Source: Hydrurus foetidus
Lineage: Eukaryota
DNA: 64,000 nt
NCBI GenBank assembly: GCA_900617105.1
Contig: UYFQ01000001.1
Location: 1,178,001 to 1,242,000 of the forward strand
Direction: 5' to 3'
The notes under the pieces are model-generated. The model did no database searches. It had not been told where the DNA came from and saw only the letters and a program-made list of their open reading frames with translations. Numbering within the stretch: position 1 is the stretch's first letter; every line of letters begins with the position of its first letter. A program made the position numbers and the translations under genes. Shown piece after piece: positions 47,345 through 59,789 of the stretch.

Positions 47345-48316
47345 TCAATGTCCTTCTTTCAATATCACGTGCCGCCAAGTGTTGTCGGCCAGCAGCAGGC
47401 AGGCCGCGTCGGGTTCATCAAGCATCAGGGTGATGCGCCGCACCCGTGCGGGCAGAGGCATCACATCGGCCAACTCTTTGAACTTACCGTTTGCCGCGCT
47501 GCCTTCCCAGCGCAGCGCATGCAGGGCCCTCAAGCTCATGTCGGGTACGAGGATGGTGGGTCGCTGACCGGGCCGCTGTAGGATCACGGCCAATTGCTGC
47601 TCGGGCGAACCCATCAGGTGGTTGGACGTGTCCATCGCCTTGGCGTAGGGCACGAGCTGCGGCGGGCGGTAGTGATACAGCGTGAGCAGACCGCCAATGT
47701 GCGGGGTGATGACGGCGGCGACATCCAGCTTGCCGTCTGCATCAAAATCGGCCACGCCCACCGGGTTAAGCCAGCGAAAGGTAGAGCCTGCTGGCGGGCT
47801 ACGGGCCAGCTCTTTTATGCTTTTGCCTTGTTGTGAGTCTTGTAGCCCGAGTACCACCACGCTGGCTCCGCGCAAGGCATCTGACTCGACGACAATGACC
47901 TCGTCGCGGCCGTCTTGGTCGATATCGACCAGACGCAGGCTCAGGTCTTCAAATACCCGGTGGATGGGCAGGTTGTAAACGACTTCTTGCAGCGGGCCTG
48001 AAGGCGCGGCGGTCAGCACATGCACGCTGCCTGCGTGGGTGCGTGAGCCCAACGCCGCATGCGGGTAGCGCTCAGTGGGCGAGCCCAGCCAGGCCCAGGC
48101 GATGTCGCGCTGTCCTTGGCTTGCTTTGCTGCCCAAAAGTCGCAGGGCGGCTGCGGGTGGTGCGGCCTCAGCGGTAAGCACGGCTTTACCGCAATGCGCC
48201 GGGGCGGGTTCTAGCATCAGCCCCATCGCCGCGGCCAAGCCGGGCAGAGCAACTGCAAAAAATACTAAACCCAGTTTGGTGATGTTAAAAAAAGTCGTTG
48301 GTCGCAAAAAGTTCAT
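47345..48316 (-). CDS. Exported FG-GAP/VCBS-like repeat protein
   Basis: Signal peptide; DIDQDGRDEV and DFDADGKLDVA repeats; PTERYPHAALG, RWLNPVG, TPHIGG. Confidence 0.72.
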   Translation of the reverse strand: MNFLRPTTFFNITKLGLVFFAVALPGLAAAMGLMLEPAPAHCGKAVLTAEAAPPAAALRLLGSKASQGQRDIAWAWLGSPTERYPHAALGSRTHAGSVHVLTAAPSGPLQEVVYNLPIHRVFEDLSLRLVDIDQDGRDEVIVVESDALRGASVVVLGLQDSQQGKSIKELARSPPAGSTFRWLNPVGVADFDADGKLDVAAVITPHIGGLLTLYHYRPPQLVPYAKAMDTSNHLMGSPEQQLAVILQRPGQRPTILVPDMSLRALHALRWEGSAANGKFKELADVMPLPARVRRITLMLDEPDAACLLLADNTWRHVILKEGH

Positions 48317-48537
48317 CACTTTAAGTCGCGCAGGCGGGGCACTTCTTACAGCTCATTCGACGGATAAGCCATTCAACCGCACGAGACGCAGTAGAGACCT
48401 CAGCAACAGGGCTGGCTGAGCCTGTTCAAACAACCCACAGCAACGCTGGGCAATGAAGCCATGCGTACGCGGGCCAATGACTTGTCCGAGCGTAGCGCGC
48501 AACGCTGCGTTACCGCAGTGTTACGCTTAAAACAACC

Positions 48538-49524
48538 TTACTGCGGCTTGAACCCACTCGCCTTGATGATCTGCTCCCACGTCTGTGTGTAGGTGCGCAC
48601 CCGGCCTGCGAACTGGCCTTGGGGTTCGTATTTCACGCTCAGGCCCATGCCGGTTAAACGCTCATGCACATCGGGCATCGCCAGCACTTTGGCCAGTGCG
48701 TTGGCAAAATTATCGAGGACGGGTTGGGGTGTGCCGACGGGGGCAAAAATGCCGTAGTAGGGCAAGTCTTCCAGGCCGCTTAGGCCCAGCTCTGCAAAGG
48801 TGGGCACCTCGGGCAGCACGGCTTGGCGTTTGTCACCGATGACGGCGACGACGCGGATCTTCCCGGCTTTTTGGTTTTCAATGAAATCAGGCACCGAGGC
48901 CACACCTGCGGTAATTTGGTTGCCCAGCATGTCGGCGAGCATGGGCGCACTGCCCCGGTAGGGCGCGGCTTGCAGGTCAAGCTTGTATTTGTCGCCCAGC
49001 ATTTTGACCAAAAACTCGGGGATAGAGCCGGGGGCGGGCACGCCAATCGTGTCTTTGCCTGCCTTGTGGCTGCCAACCCAGGTGGTGTACTCTTTGAGCG
49101 ATTTGGCCGGGGTGTTGCCCGAGACGGCCAGGGCGTTGGCGAAGGTGGCAAAACCAGCCACGGGCACAAAGTCGCGCCCAGAGTCAAAACCGGGATTTTT
49201 GACCACAGCGGGCAAGATGGAGATGGTGTGATCGTGCGTCAAGAAAAACGTGTGGCCGTCCGCTGGCGCGGCTTTCAGTGCTTGGGCTGCGATTTGCCCA
49301 CCGGCCCCAGCTTTGTTTTCCACCACCACCGACGTGCCCAGCAGGTCTTTGAGCTTTTCAGCCAACGTGCGGGCAATCGCATCGGTGCCGCCACCGGCAG
49401 GGAAGCCCACCAAAAGCTTGACAGGCGTACCGCTTTGCGCATGAACGGGGCTGGTCATCAGTGTAAAAGCACCGGCAACAGCGGCTACAGCACGAAGCAG
49501 TGTGTGGCGACGAGAAACAGTCAT
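48538..49524 (-). CDS. Bug/TctC tripartite tricarboxylate transporter substrate-binding protein
   Basis: VGFPAGGGTDAIAR, VVVENKAGAGG, PYRGSAP, PEVPT. Confidence 0.93.
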   Translation of the reverse strand: MTVSRRHTLLRAVAAVAGAFTLMTSPVHAQSGTPVKLLVGFPAGGGTDAIARTLAEKLKDLLGTSVVVENKAGAGGQIAAQALKAAPADGHTFFLTHDHTISILPAVVKNPGFDSGRDFVPVAGFATFANALAVSGNTPAKSLKEYTTWVGSHKAGKDTIGVPAPGSIPEFLVKMLGDKYKLDLQAAPYRGSAPMLADMLGNQITAGVASVPDFIENQKAGKIRVVAVIGDKRQAVLPEVPTFAELGLSGLEDLPYYGIFAPVGTPQPVLDNFANALAKVLAMPDVHERLTGMGLSVKYEPQGQFAGRVRTYTQTWEQIIKASGFKPQ

Positions 49525-49589
49525 AGCAAACTCCAGGTTTTCAAGATTTCAAAATGGCAAAGGTGAACAGGGCAGTATCCATGCAGGTG

Positions 49590-50195
49590 TCAGTGCAAGT
49601 ATTTGGGGCGATGCTGCCCGGTGAAATCGTCATGCTCAGCGCCTGAACTCAGCGAGTCCTGCAGTGCCGCAGGTGCGTTGTCATGCTCCCACTGGGTGGT
49701 GTCCAGCGCTTTTTCTAGCAAGTGCATGAAGCCGGTCAGCAGCTGTGGCTCTAGCGACACCTGAAAGCCCCGCACCTGCTCTTTGCGGGCCAAAAGCGAC
49801 TCTTCAAACGCGATGTCCAGCCGATTTTTGTCCTTGGCGGTCATGTGCACTGCGGTGACGAGCAGCGGCTCGGTGCCCAGTGGCCAGGTTTTAACCTCGC
49901 TTTTGAAGGGCGTTTTGAAATCGGTGCTTTGCAGTTTTTGGAGTTTCTGGAACTCTTCAGTCCAAGCTGCTGGGGCTTGTGGGGGTGTTTGAGCGGGTGC
50001 GGCTGGGGTGCCATCGTCCGTGCGTGCAGGCATGGCTTGCATCTCGCGCAAGGTCGCTTTCAACGCAGGTACCCATCCCACACACAGACGGCGTGTCAGC
50101 CACAGGCGTATTTCTTGGGCATCGCGGCTGTTGATGCGCACCAAAATACGGTCATGTTCGTGCAGATAGTTGACCGAGACTTGGTGGATGTTCAT
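49590..50195 (-). CDS. Hypothetical protein
   Basis: 201-aa ORF filling the gap (MNIHQVSVNY..DRILVRINS..LWLTRRL). Confidence 0.7.
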   Translation of the reverse strand: MNIHQVSVNYLHEHDRILVRINSRDAQEIRLWLTRRLCVGWVPALKATLREMQAMPARTDDGTPAAPAQTPPQAPAAWTEEFQKLQKLQSTDFKTPFKSEVKTWPLGTEPLLVTAVHMTAKDKNRLDIAFEESLLARKEQVRGFQVSLEPQLLTGFMHLLEKALDTTQWEHDNAPAALQDSLSSGAEHDDFTGQHRPKYLH

Positions 50196-50316
50196 CGTTT
50201 GATTTTAGTCAACAACCCAATGCTGATTCGGGTCTATCTTGCAGCAGACTGTCAGCGACTTCCCTTGAAATAGACGGCCACCAGCCCCAGCTTTGACCCA
50301 AGGAAATACAACCACC

Positions 50317-52935
50317 ATGCGTACCGATAAATTCACCACCAAATTCCAAGAAGCCTTGTCTGACGCGCAATCGCTGGCGTTGGGAGGCGACCACGCCTAC
50401 ATCGCTCCCGTGCACTTGCTTGTCGCCCTGCTCAAGCAAGACGATGGCCCTAAAGCGTTGCTAGCCCGTGCGGGCGTCAACATCAGCGGCCTGCTCAGCG
50501 CTGCCGAGACCGCCGTCAAACGCTTGCCCGAGGTGCAAGGTCAAGAGCAGGTCAGCGTTGGCCCTGATTTGGTGTCGCTGTTGCAGGCCACTGAAAAGGA
50601 ATCCATCAAGCGCGGCGATCAGTTCATCGCCAGCGAGTTGTTTTTGCTCGCCTTGACCGACAGCAAAGGCGATGCCGGGCGCATCGCCCGCGAAAACGGC
50701 CTGACCCGCAAATCACTGGAGTCTGCCATTGAAGCCGTGCGCGGTGGCCAAAACGTCAACAGCGCAGATGCTGAAGGCCAGCGCGAAGCCCTGAAAAAAT
50801 ACTGTCTTGACCTGACCGAGCGCGCCCGCATGGGCAAACTCGACCCGGTGATTGGCCGCGACGACGAGATCCGCCGCGCTATCCAGGTTTTGCAGCGCCG
50901 CACCAAAAACAACCCGGTGCTGATTGGTGAGCCCGGCGTTGGCAAAACCGCCATCGTCGAAGGCTTGGCCCAGCGCATCGTGGCGGGCGAGGTGCCCGAT
51001 TCGCTTAAGGGCAAGCGCGTGTTGTCGTTGGACATGGCTTCGCTCTTAGCCGGTGCCAAATTCCGGGGTGAGTTTGAAGAGCGCTTGAAAACCGTGCTGG
51101 CTGAACTCGCCAAAGACGAAGGCCAGACCATCGTTTTCATCGACGAACTCCATACGATGGTGGGTGCTGGCAAAGGCGAGGGCGCGATGGACGCGGGCAA
51201 CATGCTCAAACCCGCCCTGGCCCGTGGCGAGCTTCACTGCGTGGGCGCGACCACGTTGGATGAATACCGCAAGTACATCGAAAAAGACGCAGCCCTGGAG
51301 CGTCGTTTTCAAAAAATCCTGGTGGGCGAACCCACTGTCGAGGCCACCATCGCCATCCTGCGCGGTCTGAAAGAGCGCTATGAAATCCACCACGGCGTGG
51401 AAATCACCGACCCTGCCATCGTCGCTGCCGCGAACTTGAGCCAGCGCTACATCACCGACCGCTTCTTGCCCGACAAAGCCATTGATTTGATCGACGAGGC
51501 CGCGTCCAAAATCAAAATCGAGATCGACTCCAAGCCCGAGGTGATGGACAAGCTTGACCGCCGCTTGATCCAGCTCCAGATCGAGCGCGAAGCTGTGCGC
51601 AAGGAAAAAGACGAAGCCTCGCTCAAACGCTTTGATTTGATTGAAGAAGAAATCGTCAGTCTGCAAAAAGAAATCGCCGATCTGGACGAAATCTGGAAGG
51701 CCGAAAAAGCCCAGGCCCACGGTTCGGCTGCGGTCAAGGAAGAAGTCGAAAAGCTCAAAGGGCAGATCGAAGAATTCACCCGCAAGGGCGATTTCAACAA
51801 GGTGGCTGAGCTGCAATACGGGCGCCTGCCCGAGTTGGAAAAGCGCCTCACAGAAGCCCAAGCCCACGAAGCGGGCCGCGCACAGGGGGCGAAAGACGGC
51901 AAACCCGCCGCGCCTCGCCTGCTGCGTACGCAAGTCGGCGTGGAGGAAATCGCGGAAGTGGTGTCCCGCGCCACCGGCATCCCGGTCAGCAAAATGCTGC
52001 AAGGTGAACGCGACAAGCTGTTACAGATGGAAGCCAAATTGCATGACCGCGTGGTGGGCCAGGACGAGGCTATTACCGCTGTTGCCAACGCCATCCGCCG
52101 CTCGCGCTCAGGGCTGTCTGACCCCGGACGCCCCACCGGCTCGTTCCTGTTCCTTGGCCCTACCGGTGTGGGCAAGACCGAGTTGTGCAAGGCGCTCGCG
52201 GGCTTTTTGTTTGACAGTGAAGACCATTTGATCCGCATCGACATGAGCGAGTTCATGGAAAAGCATAGCGTCGCACGCATGATTGGCGCGCCTCCTGGCT
52301 ATGTGGGCTATGAAGAAGGTGGCTATTTGACCGAAGCCGTGCGCCGCAAGCCCTACAGCGTGATCTTGCTCGACGAGATTGAAAAAGCCCACCCCGATGT
52401 GTTCAACATCTTGCTGCAAGTGCTCGACGATGGCCGCTTGACGGACGGCCAAGGCCGCACCGTGGACTTTAAAAACACCGTGATCGTGATGACCAGCAAC
52501 GTCGGCTCGCCCATCATCCAGGCGATGGTGGGCAAACCTGCGGAAGACATGAAAGACGCGGTATGGGATGAGCTGAAAAGCACCTTCCGCCCCGAGTTTT
52601 TGAACCGGATTGACGAGACCGTGGTGTTCCACGCGCTGGACGCGAAAAACATCGAGTCCATCGCCAAAATACAGCTGCTCATTTTGCAAGCACGCTTAAG
52701 TGCGATGGATTTGACGCTTGAAGTCTCCGCCACCGCCATCGCTGAGCTGGCCAAAGTCGGGTTTGACCCGGTATTTGGTGCGCGGCCTCTGAAACGGGCG
52801 ATTCAACAGCGGCTTGAGAACCCCCTATCTAAGCTGATGCTGGAAGGCAAATTCCCGCCTAAATCGGTGATTTCGGTGAACGTAGACCCAGTGCGTGACC
52901 CTGGGGTGTTCACGTTTGCGGGGGGCGTTGCTTAA
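50317..52935 (+). CDS. clpB: ATP-dependent chaperone ClpB
   Basis: Two AAA+ modules ([16 protein letters not shown]), middle coiled-coil domain, GARPLKR. Confidence 0.97.
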   Translation: MRTDKFTTKFQEALSDAQSLALGGDHAYIAPVHLLVALLKQDDGPKALLARAGVNISGLLSAAETAVKRLPEVQGQEQVSVGPDLVSLLQATEKESIKRGDQFIASELFLLALTDSKGDAGRIARENGLTRKSLESAIEAVRGGQNVNSADAEGQREALKKYCLDLTERARMGKLDPVIGRDDEIRRAIQVLQRRTKNNPVLIGEPGVGKTAIVEGLAQRIVAGEVPDSLKGKRVLSLDMASLLAGAKFRGEFEERLKTVLAELAKDEGQTIVFIDELHTMVGAGKGEGAMDAGNMLKPALARGELHCVGATTLDEYRKYIEKDAALERRFQKILVGEPTVEATIAILRGLKERYEIHHGVEITDPAIVAAANLSQRYITDRFLPDKAIDLIDEAASKIKIEIDSKPEVMDKLDRRLIQLQIEREAVRKEKDEASLKRFDLIEEEIVSLQKEIADLDEIWKAEKAQAHGSAAVKEEVEKLKGQIEEFTRKGDFNKVAELQYGRLPELEKRLTEAQAHEAGRAQGAKDGKPAAPRLLRTQVGVEEIAEVVSRATGIPVSKMLQGERDKLLQMEAKLHDRVVGQDEAITAVANAIRRSRSGLSDPGRPTGSFLFLGPTGVGKTELCKALAGFLFDSEDHLIRIDMSEFMEKHSVARMIGAPPGYVGYEEGGYLTEAVRRKPYSVILLDEIEKAHPDVFNILLQVLDDGRLTDGQGRTVDFKNTVIVMTSNVGSPIIQAMVGKPAEDMKDAVWDELKSTFRPEFLNRIDETVVFHALDAKNIESIAKIQLLILQARLSAMDLTLEVSATAIAELAKVGFDPVFGARPLKRAIQQRLENPLSKLMLEGKFPPKSVISVNVDPVRDPGVFTFAGGVA

Positions 52936-52968
52936 CACTTCAGCTTGATTGTCTCGACAATAGCGCTT

Positions 52969-53328
52969 ATGGACTTCTTGTTTTCTCTGGTTTCAAACCT
53001 TATCCGCCTCGCCCTGCGTCTGCTGTTGCTGGCCGTGGGCTTGGTTTTTTTCGCCGGGCTGGTAGCGCTGCTGCTGACCTTCGCAGCCACCTGGGGCATG
53101 CGTGCCCTGTGGGCCAAGTTGACCGGGAAGCCCGTCACCCCCTGGGTGATGCGCGTTGACCCGCGTACAGGCTGGAGCCGCTTTGCGCAGCGGGGACGGG
53201 CGGGGCCAGCAGGGGAAACGGTGGATATGCCCGATGTGGCAGGTGCTGCGCCCCTTGCGCCACGGCGTTTTCCTGCTCACCATACCGATGTGGTGGATGT
53301 GGATGTGAAAGAGCGTTCATCGCCATGA
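52969..53328 (+). CDS. Small membrane protein, hypothetical
   Basis: Hydrophobic N-terminal half, ends DVVDVDVKE. Confidence 0.65.
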   Translation: MDFLFSLVSNLIRLALRLLLLAVGLVFFAGLVALLLTFAATWGMRALWAKLTGKPVTPWVMRVDPRTGWSRFAQRGRAGPAGETVDMPDVAGAAPLAPRRFPAHHTDVVDVDVKERSSP

Positions 53329-53390
53329 CTGTGCGAACGGCGGATTGAATCGGTGGAGAATCCTCAACTTTGAGAAAAGTAAAGGCAAGC

Positions 53391-54491
53391 ATGGACAGCG
53401 TTGATTGTGTCGTCATAGGTGCCGGTGTCGTCGGTTTGGCCGTCGCCCGAGCGCTGGCTTTGCAAGGCCGTGAGGTGATGGTTTTAGAAGCGGCGGATGC
53501 GATCGGCACCGGCACCAGTTCGCGAAACAGCGAGGTGGTTCACGCTGGTATCTACTACGCTGCCGGTTCGCTCAAAGCCCAGCTGTGCGTGCAAGGCAAA
53601 GCGTTGCTGTACGCCTATTGTGCTGAGCGGGGCATTGGGCACCAGCGCTGCGGCAAGCTGTTGGTGGCGACGAGTGACGCGCAGGTCACGCAGTTGCAGG
53701 CCATCGTGCAAAAAGCCGCTGCCAATGGCGTGGACGATTTGGTGCTGCTGAGTGCCGCACAGGCCCAGGCGCTGGAGCCGAAATTGGTGTGCAAGGCCGC
53801 GTTGCTGTCGCCCAGCACGGGCATTGTGGACAGCCACGGCTTGATGCTGTCGCTGCTGGGGGACATGGAAAATGCGGGTGGACTTTTAGCACTGAATACG
53901 CCAGTTGTGCATGCTGAGTATGCAGGAGGTGCTATTGTTTTAGAAACGAAAGATGGCACGCAGCTCAGTGCCAAAACGGTGGTGAACGCCGCCGGTCTGA
54001 CGGCCCCCGCGCTGGCGAGTCGCGTCAAAGGGCTGGCCGCGCAGCATGTGCCCACCGCCTATTACGCCAAGGGCAACTACTTCACCTTGGCAGGCAAATC
54101 GCCGTTTTCGCATCTGATTTACCCCGTGCCCGAAGCCGCTGGCCTGGGCGTGCATCTGACGCTTGATCTGGGTGGACAAGCCAAGTTTGGGCCAGATGTG
54201 GAATGGGTGGATTCGCCGGACGATCTGGTCGTCAACCCGCAACGGGGCGACGCTTTTTACGCCGAGGTGCGCAAATACTGGCCGGGCTTGAAAGACGGTG
54301 CACTGCAAGCGGGCTATGCGGGGATTCGCCCCAAAATTCAGGCACCGCACGAAGCCGCGAAGGACTTTGTGGTGCAAGGCCCGTCGGTGCATGGCGTGCC
54401 GGGCTTGGTCAATCTGTTTGGCATCGAGTCGCCCGGTTTGACCAGCAGTTTGGCGCTGGGGGCGTACACGGCGGCTATGCTGGCACGTTGA
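53391..54491 (+). CDS. FAD-dependent oxidoreductase, L-2-hydroxyglutarate dehydrogenase-like
   Basis: [38 protein letters not shown]. Confidence 0.88.
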   Translation: MDSVDCVVIGAGVVGLAVARALALQGREVMVLEAADAIGTGTSSRNSEVVHAGIYYAAGSLKAQLCVQGKALLYAYCAERGIGHQRCGKLLVATSDAQVTQLQAIVQKAAANGVDDLVLLSAAQAQALEPKLVCKAALLSPSTGIVDSHGLMLSLLGDMENAGGLLALNTPVVHAEYAGGAIVLETKDGTQLSAKTVVNAAGLTAPALASRVKGLAAQHVPTAYYAKGNYFTLAGKSPFSHLIYPVPEAAGLGVHLTLDLGGQAKFGPDVEWVDSPDDLVVNPQRGDAFYAEVRKYWPGLKDGALQAGYAGIRPKIQAPHEAAKDFVVQGPSVHGVPGLVNLFGIESPGLTSSLALGAYTAAMLAR

Positions 54492-54574
54492 CCGTTCTGT
54501 GGATGTGAAATTGATGTTAAATGCTATTAATATGATAGCATTTGTAGCACATCCACATTGCTGTAAAGGCTGAT

Positions 54575-55426
54575 TCAGGTTTGAAAATGGCTGGGCGGCT
54601 GCCCCATCGCCGCTTTGAACATCGCAGAGAACGCGCTGTCGCTGCTGTAGCCGCTGGCCGCCGCCACCGTGGAGACCGCCTTCCCGCTGGCCAGCATAGG
54701 CAAGGCGTGCGCGAGGATGGCTTGCTGCCGCCACTGCTGGTAGCTCATTCCCAATTCGTCACGGAACAAGCGGGCCACGGTTCGCTCACTCGCGCCGATG
54801 TCCGTGGCCCATTCGGCCAGCGTGGCGCGCGCGGCTGGGGCGTGCATCACCGCTTCGCACAGGGCACGCAGGCGCTTGTCGCCAGTTTGTGGGTGGGGCA
54901 GGGGCACGCCCAGGGCTTGGGTGTGGGCTTGGGTGATTTCATCCATCACCAGTTGGCTTAATCGCTGCTCGCGGGTATCCGTGTTGGGCTGTTCCAAGGC
55001 TTGAACCAGTTCACGCAGCAAGGGCGACACCACCATCATGCGGCACCCCGCCCAGCCGCTGGGGGTGATGCTGGCGTCCATGTACAGGGTGCGCAACTCG
55101 GCCAATTCCAGCACATGGATGGCGTGCTGCGCACCGGGCGCGATCCACACGGCGCGGGACGGCGGCACGATGTAGGTGATTTCTTCGGGGATTTTGGCGG
55201 GCATTTGGACGCGGGTCTGGTCGCTGCTTTGGGCTTGTGCCCGTACTACCACTTGCACCATGCCTGTGGTGCAGTAGGCCAATTGCGCCCAAGCGTGGCG
55301 GTGCGGCTCGACGTGGGTGTCGGCGGGCAAGCTGCGGGCGCGCAGTCTGACGGGGCGCTCTGTGCTGGGGGTGAACGCTTGCAAGTTGCCCAAGGGCATG
55401 AAGGTGATGCGGGATGGGGGTGGCAT
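54575..55426 (-). CDS. AraC-family regulator with cupin N-terminal domain
   Basis: PHRHAWAQL, VPPSRAVWI, SERTVARLF, GYSSDSAFSAMFK. Confidence 0.9.
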   Translation of the reverse strand: MPPPSRITFMPLGNLQAFTPSTERPVRLRARSLPADTHVEPHRHAWAQLAYCTTGMVQVVVRAQAQSSDQTRVQMPAKIPEEITYIVPPSRAVWIAPGAQHAIHVLELAELRTLYMDASITPSGWAGCRMMVVSPLLRELVQALEQPNTDTREQRLSQLVMDEITQAHTQALGVPLPHPQTGDKRLRALCEAVMHAPAARATLAEWATDIGASERTVARLFRDELGMSYQQWRQQAILAHALPMLASGKAVSTVAAASGYSSDSAFSAMFKAAMGQPPSHFQT

Positions 55427-55549
55427 AGCGGTTAACGCGGTCAAGCGGCAGTAGAGCGCAATTGGGGGAAAAGCTTGATTGTCTTATATTCACTAAATCC
55501 TGTCTATTTGTCGTGTTTCAGCCGATCACGGTCACTTTACGATAAGGCC

Positions 55550-56803
55550 ATGAGCACAACCACCCTGAATTCCGCCACGGCTGCCAACGCCGTGCCCCTG
55601 AAACAAGACGCTAGCGTCATCGCACTGGTCGGCATGGCGCATGCCATCAGCCATTTCAGCCAGTTGCTGCTGGCCCCGCTTTTCCCTTGGCTCAAAGAGG
55701 CTTTCAACGCCAGCTATGCGGAGCTGGGTTTTTTGATGTCGATCTTTTTCGTAGTGTCGTGCGCGGTGCAGACGGCATCGGGCTTTGTGGTGGATAAATT
55801 CGGCCCGCGTCCGGTCTTGTTTGCCGGGCTGGCCATGCTGGGTACGGCAGCGCTGGGGTTCTCAGCCAGCACCAGCTACGGCATGTTGGCGTGTTTTTCG
55901 GTGCTGGCAGGCATGGGTAACGGCGTGTTTCACCCCGTAGACTACACGCTGCTCAACCGCAAAATCAGCGCACCGCGCCTGGGTCACGCCTACAGCGTGC
56001 ATGGAATCACCGGTAATTTAGGATGGGCGCTGGCCCCCGCCATGCTGGTGCCCCTGGCCCATGCCTACTCGTGGCGCGTGGCGCTGGCCTGCGCTGGGGC
56101 CTTGGCGTTCACGGTGCTGGCGGTGTTGGTCATCAACCGTGACAAGCTGATACTGCCCAAGCTGGTGGTCAGCGCCAAATCGGCTGGCCCCGGTGCCACA
56201 CCGGATGCTGGCAACTTCGATTTCCTGAAGATCCCTGCCATCTGGATGTGCTTTGCCTTCTTCTTGTTCTATGCCATGGCGCTCAGCGTGATCCAAGCCT
56301 TTGCGCCCGAAGCGGCCCGTCAACTGCACGGCATGCCGCTCGCCCTGGTCGCGAGTTGCCTCACCATCTACATGGTGGCCGCAGCCTGCGCGATGGTGCT
56401 GGGCGGCTTTTTGGCAGCAGACCCTACGCGCTGCGAAAAAGTGGTGGGCGTCGGTGTCGGCATTGCCGCCTGCGTCGCCCTGGTGCTGGCCTTCGCCCCA
56501 GTGCCAGGCTTGATGGTGCCCGTGCTGTTCGGTGTGATGGGCTTCGCCACCGGCATCGCCGGGCCTTCCCGCGACATGCTGGTCAAGCGCTCAACCCCCG
56601 AAAATTCATCGGGCCGCGTCTACGGCGTGGTGTATTCCGGCCTGGACATCGGCCAAGCCATCGCCCCGCTGTTCTTTGGCACGTTGATGGACCACCAGAA
56701 TTACCAAGCCGTGCTGCTGGGGCTGGCGGTGGTGCAGGGCGTGCTGATTGTGAGCGCCTTCAACGTGCGCAAAGTGCGGCGGACGGCGTTGGTGGCGGCG
56801 TAG
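55550..56803 (+). CDS. MFS transporter (Fsr-like)
   Basis: HAISHFSQLLLAPLFP, GFVVDKFG, GNGVFHP; many TM segments. Confidence 0.87.
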   Translation: MSTTTLNSATAANAVPLKQDASVIALVGMAHAISHFSQLLLAPLFPWLKEAFNASYAELGFLMSIFFVVSCAVQTASGFVVDKFGPRPVLFAGLAMLGTAALGFSASTSYGMLACFSVLAGMGNGVFHPVDYTLLNRKISAPRLGHAYSVHGITGNLGWALAPAMLVPLAHAYSWRVALACAGALAFTVLAVLVINRDKLILPKLVVSAKSAGPGATPDAGNFDFLKIPAIWMCFAFFLFYAMALSVIQAFAPEAARQLHGMPLALVASCLTIYMVAAACAMVLGGFLAADPTRCEKVVGVGVGIAACVALVLAFAPVPGLMVPVLFGVMGFATGIAGPSRDMLVKRSTPENSSGRVYGVVYSGLDIGQAIAPLFFGTLMDHQNYQAVLLGLAVVQGVLIVSAFNVRKVRRTALVAA

Positions 56804-56872
56804 GCCATACAAGATCAGCGCACAGGGCTGGCCTTGTCATCCAAGCAAAGCCCAGTGAGGTACTCCGCTTCC

Positions 56873-58178
<1,306 letters not shown>

Positions 58179-58179
<1 letters not shown>

Positions 58180-59015
58180 TGAATGCCACCCCGCCCAATG
58201 CCAACACCGACACGAAAACCAGCAGCAGCGCCAGCACCACAAGCAACCACACCATTGCACCGGCCGACTTCATTGCTGGCATGGCCAAAGGCATGGCCGT
58301 GCTGGAAAGCTTTGACACCCAGCGCCAGCGCCTGAACGCCACCCAGGCCGCCCAACGTGCAGGCCTGACCCGCGCCGCCGCCCGCCGCCATTTGCTCACC
58401 CTCGCTCACCTGGGCTACCTGGAAACCGATGGCAGCAGCTTTTGGCTGGCGTCCAAGGTGCTGCGCTTTTCAGGTAACTACCTCGCCTCAGCCCAACTTC
58501 CGAGGGTGATCCTGCCCAAACTGAACCAGCTGGCCTCCCTCACGCAAGACGCGTATTCCGCTGTGGTGCTGGACGAAGACGAGGTGGTCATCATCGCCCG
58601 CAGCGATGCCTTGCACGGCTCCACCCGAGGACTCGCCTACGGGCTGCACCTGGGGGCCAGATTGCCCGCGCACGCCACCTCCACCGGGCGGGTGTTGCTG
58701 GCAGCCAAACCCAAAAAAGAATTTACCCAATGGCTCAAAGGCCGCACCCTGGCCCGCCTGACCGCTCGCACCGTGACAGAGCCCAAAGCCCTGGCCGCCA
58801 TCGTCATGCAAACCCGCAGCGACGACTATTGCCTCGCCTTTGATGAACACGAGTTGGGCATCGCCGCCCTGGCCGTACCGCTGCGCAATATGCAGGGGAA
58901 AACGGTGGCTGCGCTGAACGTGGTCGCGCCGATAGCGGTGAACCCAGAGGCGCTGCTTCGGGAAAGGTTGCCTGTATTGGTACAAGCTGCACTGGAGCTG
59001 CGGGCAGTGCTGTAG
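58179..59015 (+). CDS. pobR: IclR-family regulator (PobR/PcaR)
   Basis: AKGMAVLESF, TRAAARRHLLTL, GARLPAHATSTGRVLLA; divergent from pobA. Confidence 0.85.
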
Positions 59016-59054
59016 GAGGGGAGGGGGGAAATCGCCGACAAGGCAGTGAGCTCG

Positions 59055-59684
59055 CTAGAGCCGGGGCGGATGTCCCCGCAGCCCCGCCATCACCATGTCC
59101 ACCATTGCCGGTGCTGCCATGTCTAGCGCGTAGCGCCTAGGGTCGAGCAGCCATTCGTGCATGGTGCCGATCATGAAGTTGTGCAGTGCTTGCACGCTGA
59201 CAAACACATCGGTGTCGGAGGGCAGTTGGCCTTGTGCGACCGCTTTGCACAAGATCACCTCAAACCCAGCCAAGCACTCATCGCGGTTGGCCAGCTCTTG
59301 CTGCAGCACATCGGCCACATCACCCGTGCTCTCACATTTGTGGAACAAGATGCCCATCGCTCGCTGCTGGCGGGGGGAATGCGCCAGCATCGTGAGTGCA
59401 TGGATGCACAGGTGGCGCATCGCGCCCATCGGGTCACCGTCGCTGCACCGTACCAGCTCGTCGAGCATGGCTTCCATCGGCAACATGGCGCGCTCGAACA
59501 CAGCGTGTAGCAGGGCGGCTTTGTCTTTGAAGTGCCAGTAGATGGCCCCACGGGTCAGCCCGGCAGCAGTTGCAATGTCGCTGAGCGTAGTGCGGGCGAC
59601 GCCCTTGTCGAAGAACACCTGCTCTGCTGCGTCCAGCAAGGCGGTGTAGGTTTGCTCGGTATCTTCTTTTGATTTTCTGACCAT
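59055..59684 (-). CDS. TetR/AcrR-family repressor
   Basis: GVARTTLSDIATAAGLTRGAIYWHFKDK; divergent from efflux genes. Confidence 0.92.
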   Translation of the reverse strand: MVRKSKEDTEQTYTALLDAAEQVFFDKGVARTTLSDIATAAGLTRGAIYWHFKDKAALLHAVFERAMLPMEAMLDELVRCSDGDPMGAMRHLCIHALTMLAHSPRQQRAMGILFHKCESTGDVADVLQQELANRDECLAGFEVILCKAVAQGQLPSDTDVFVSVQALHNFMIGTMHEWLLDPRRYALDMAAPAMVDMVMAGLRGHPPRL

Positions 59685-59731
59685 GGCGCAGAGGAGGGAA
59701 TCTTTACTAAGGGTTTAAACGAATTTAAATT

Positions 59732-59753
59732 AAACATTCATGTATGTATGTAA
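59732..59753. promoter_or_regulatory. AcrR-type operator candidate
   Basis: AAACATTCATGTATGTATGTAA resembles the TACATACA...TGTATGTA operators of AcrR-like repressors. Confidence 0.55.
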
Positions 59754-59789
59754 GAATACACCATTCTTTCTAACTTACAAAGGTGTTTC

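Noticed and set aside
48320..48537. Intergenic tract that looks like a decayed MITE or sRNA
   Set aside because: Only short weak stems and no second copy in the window; cannot be supported.
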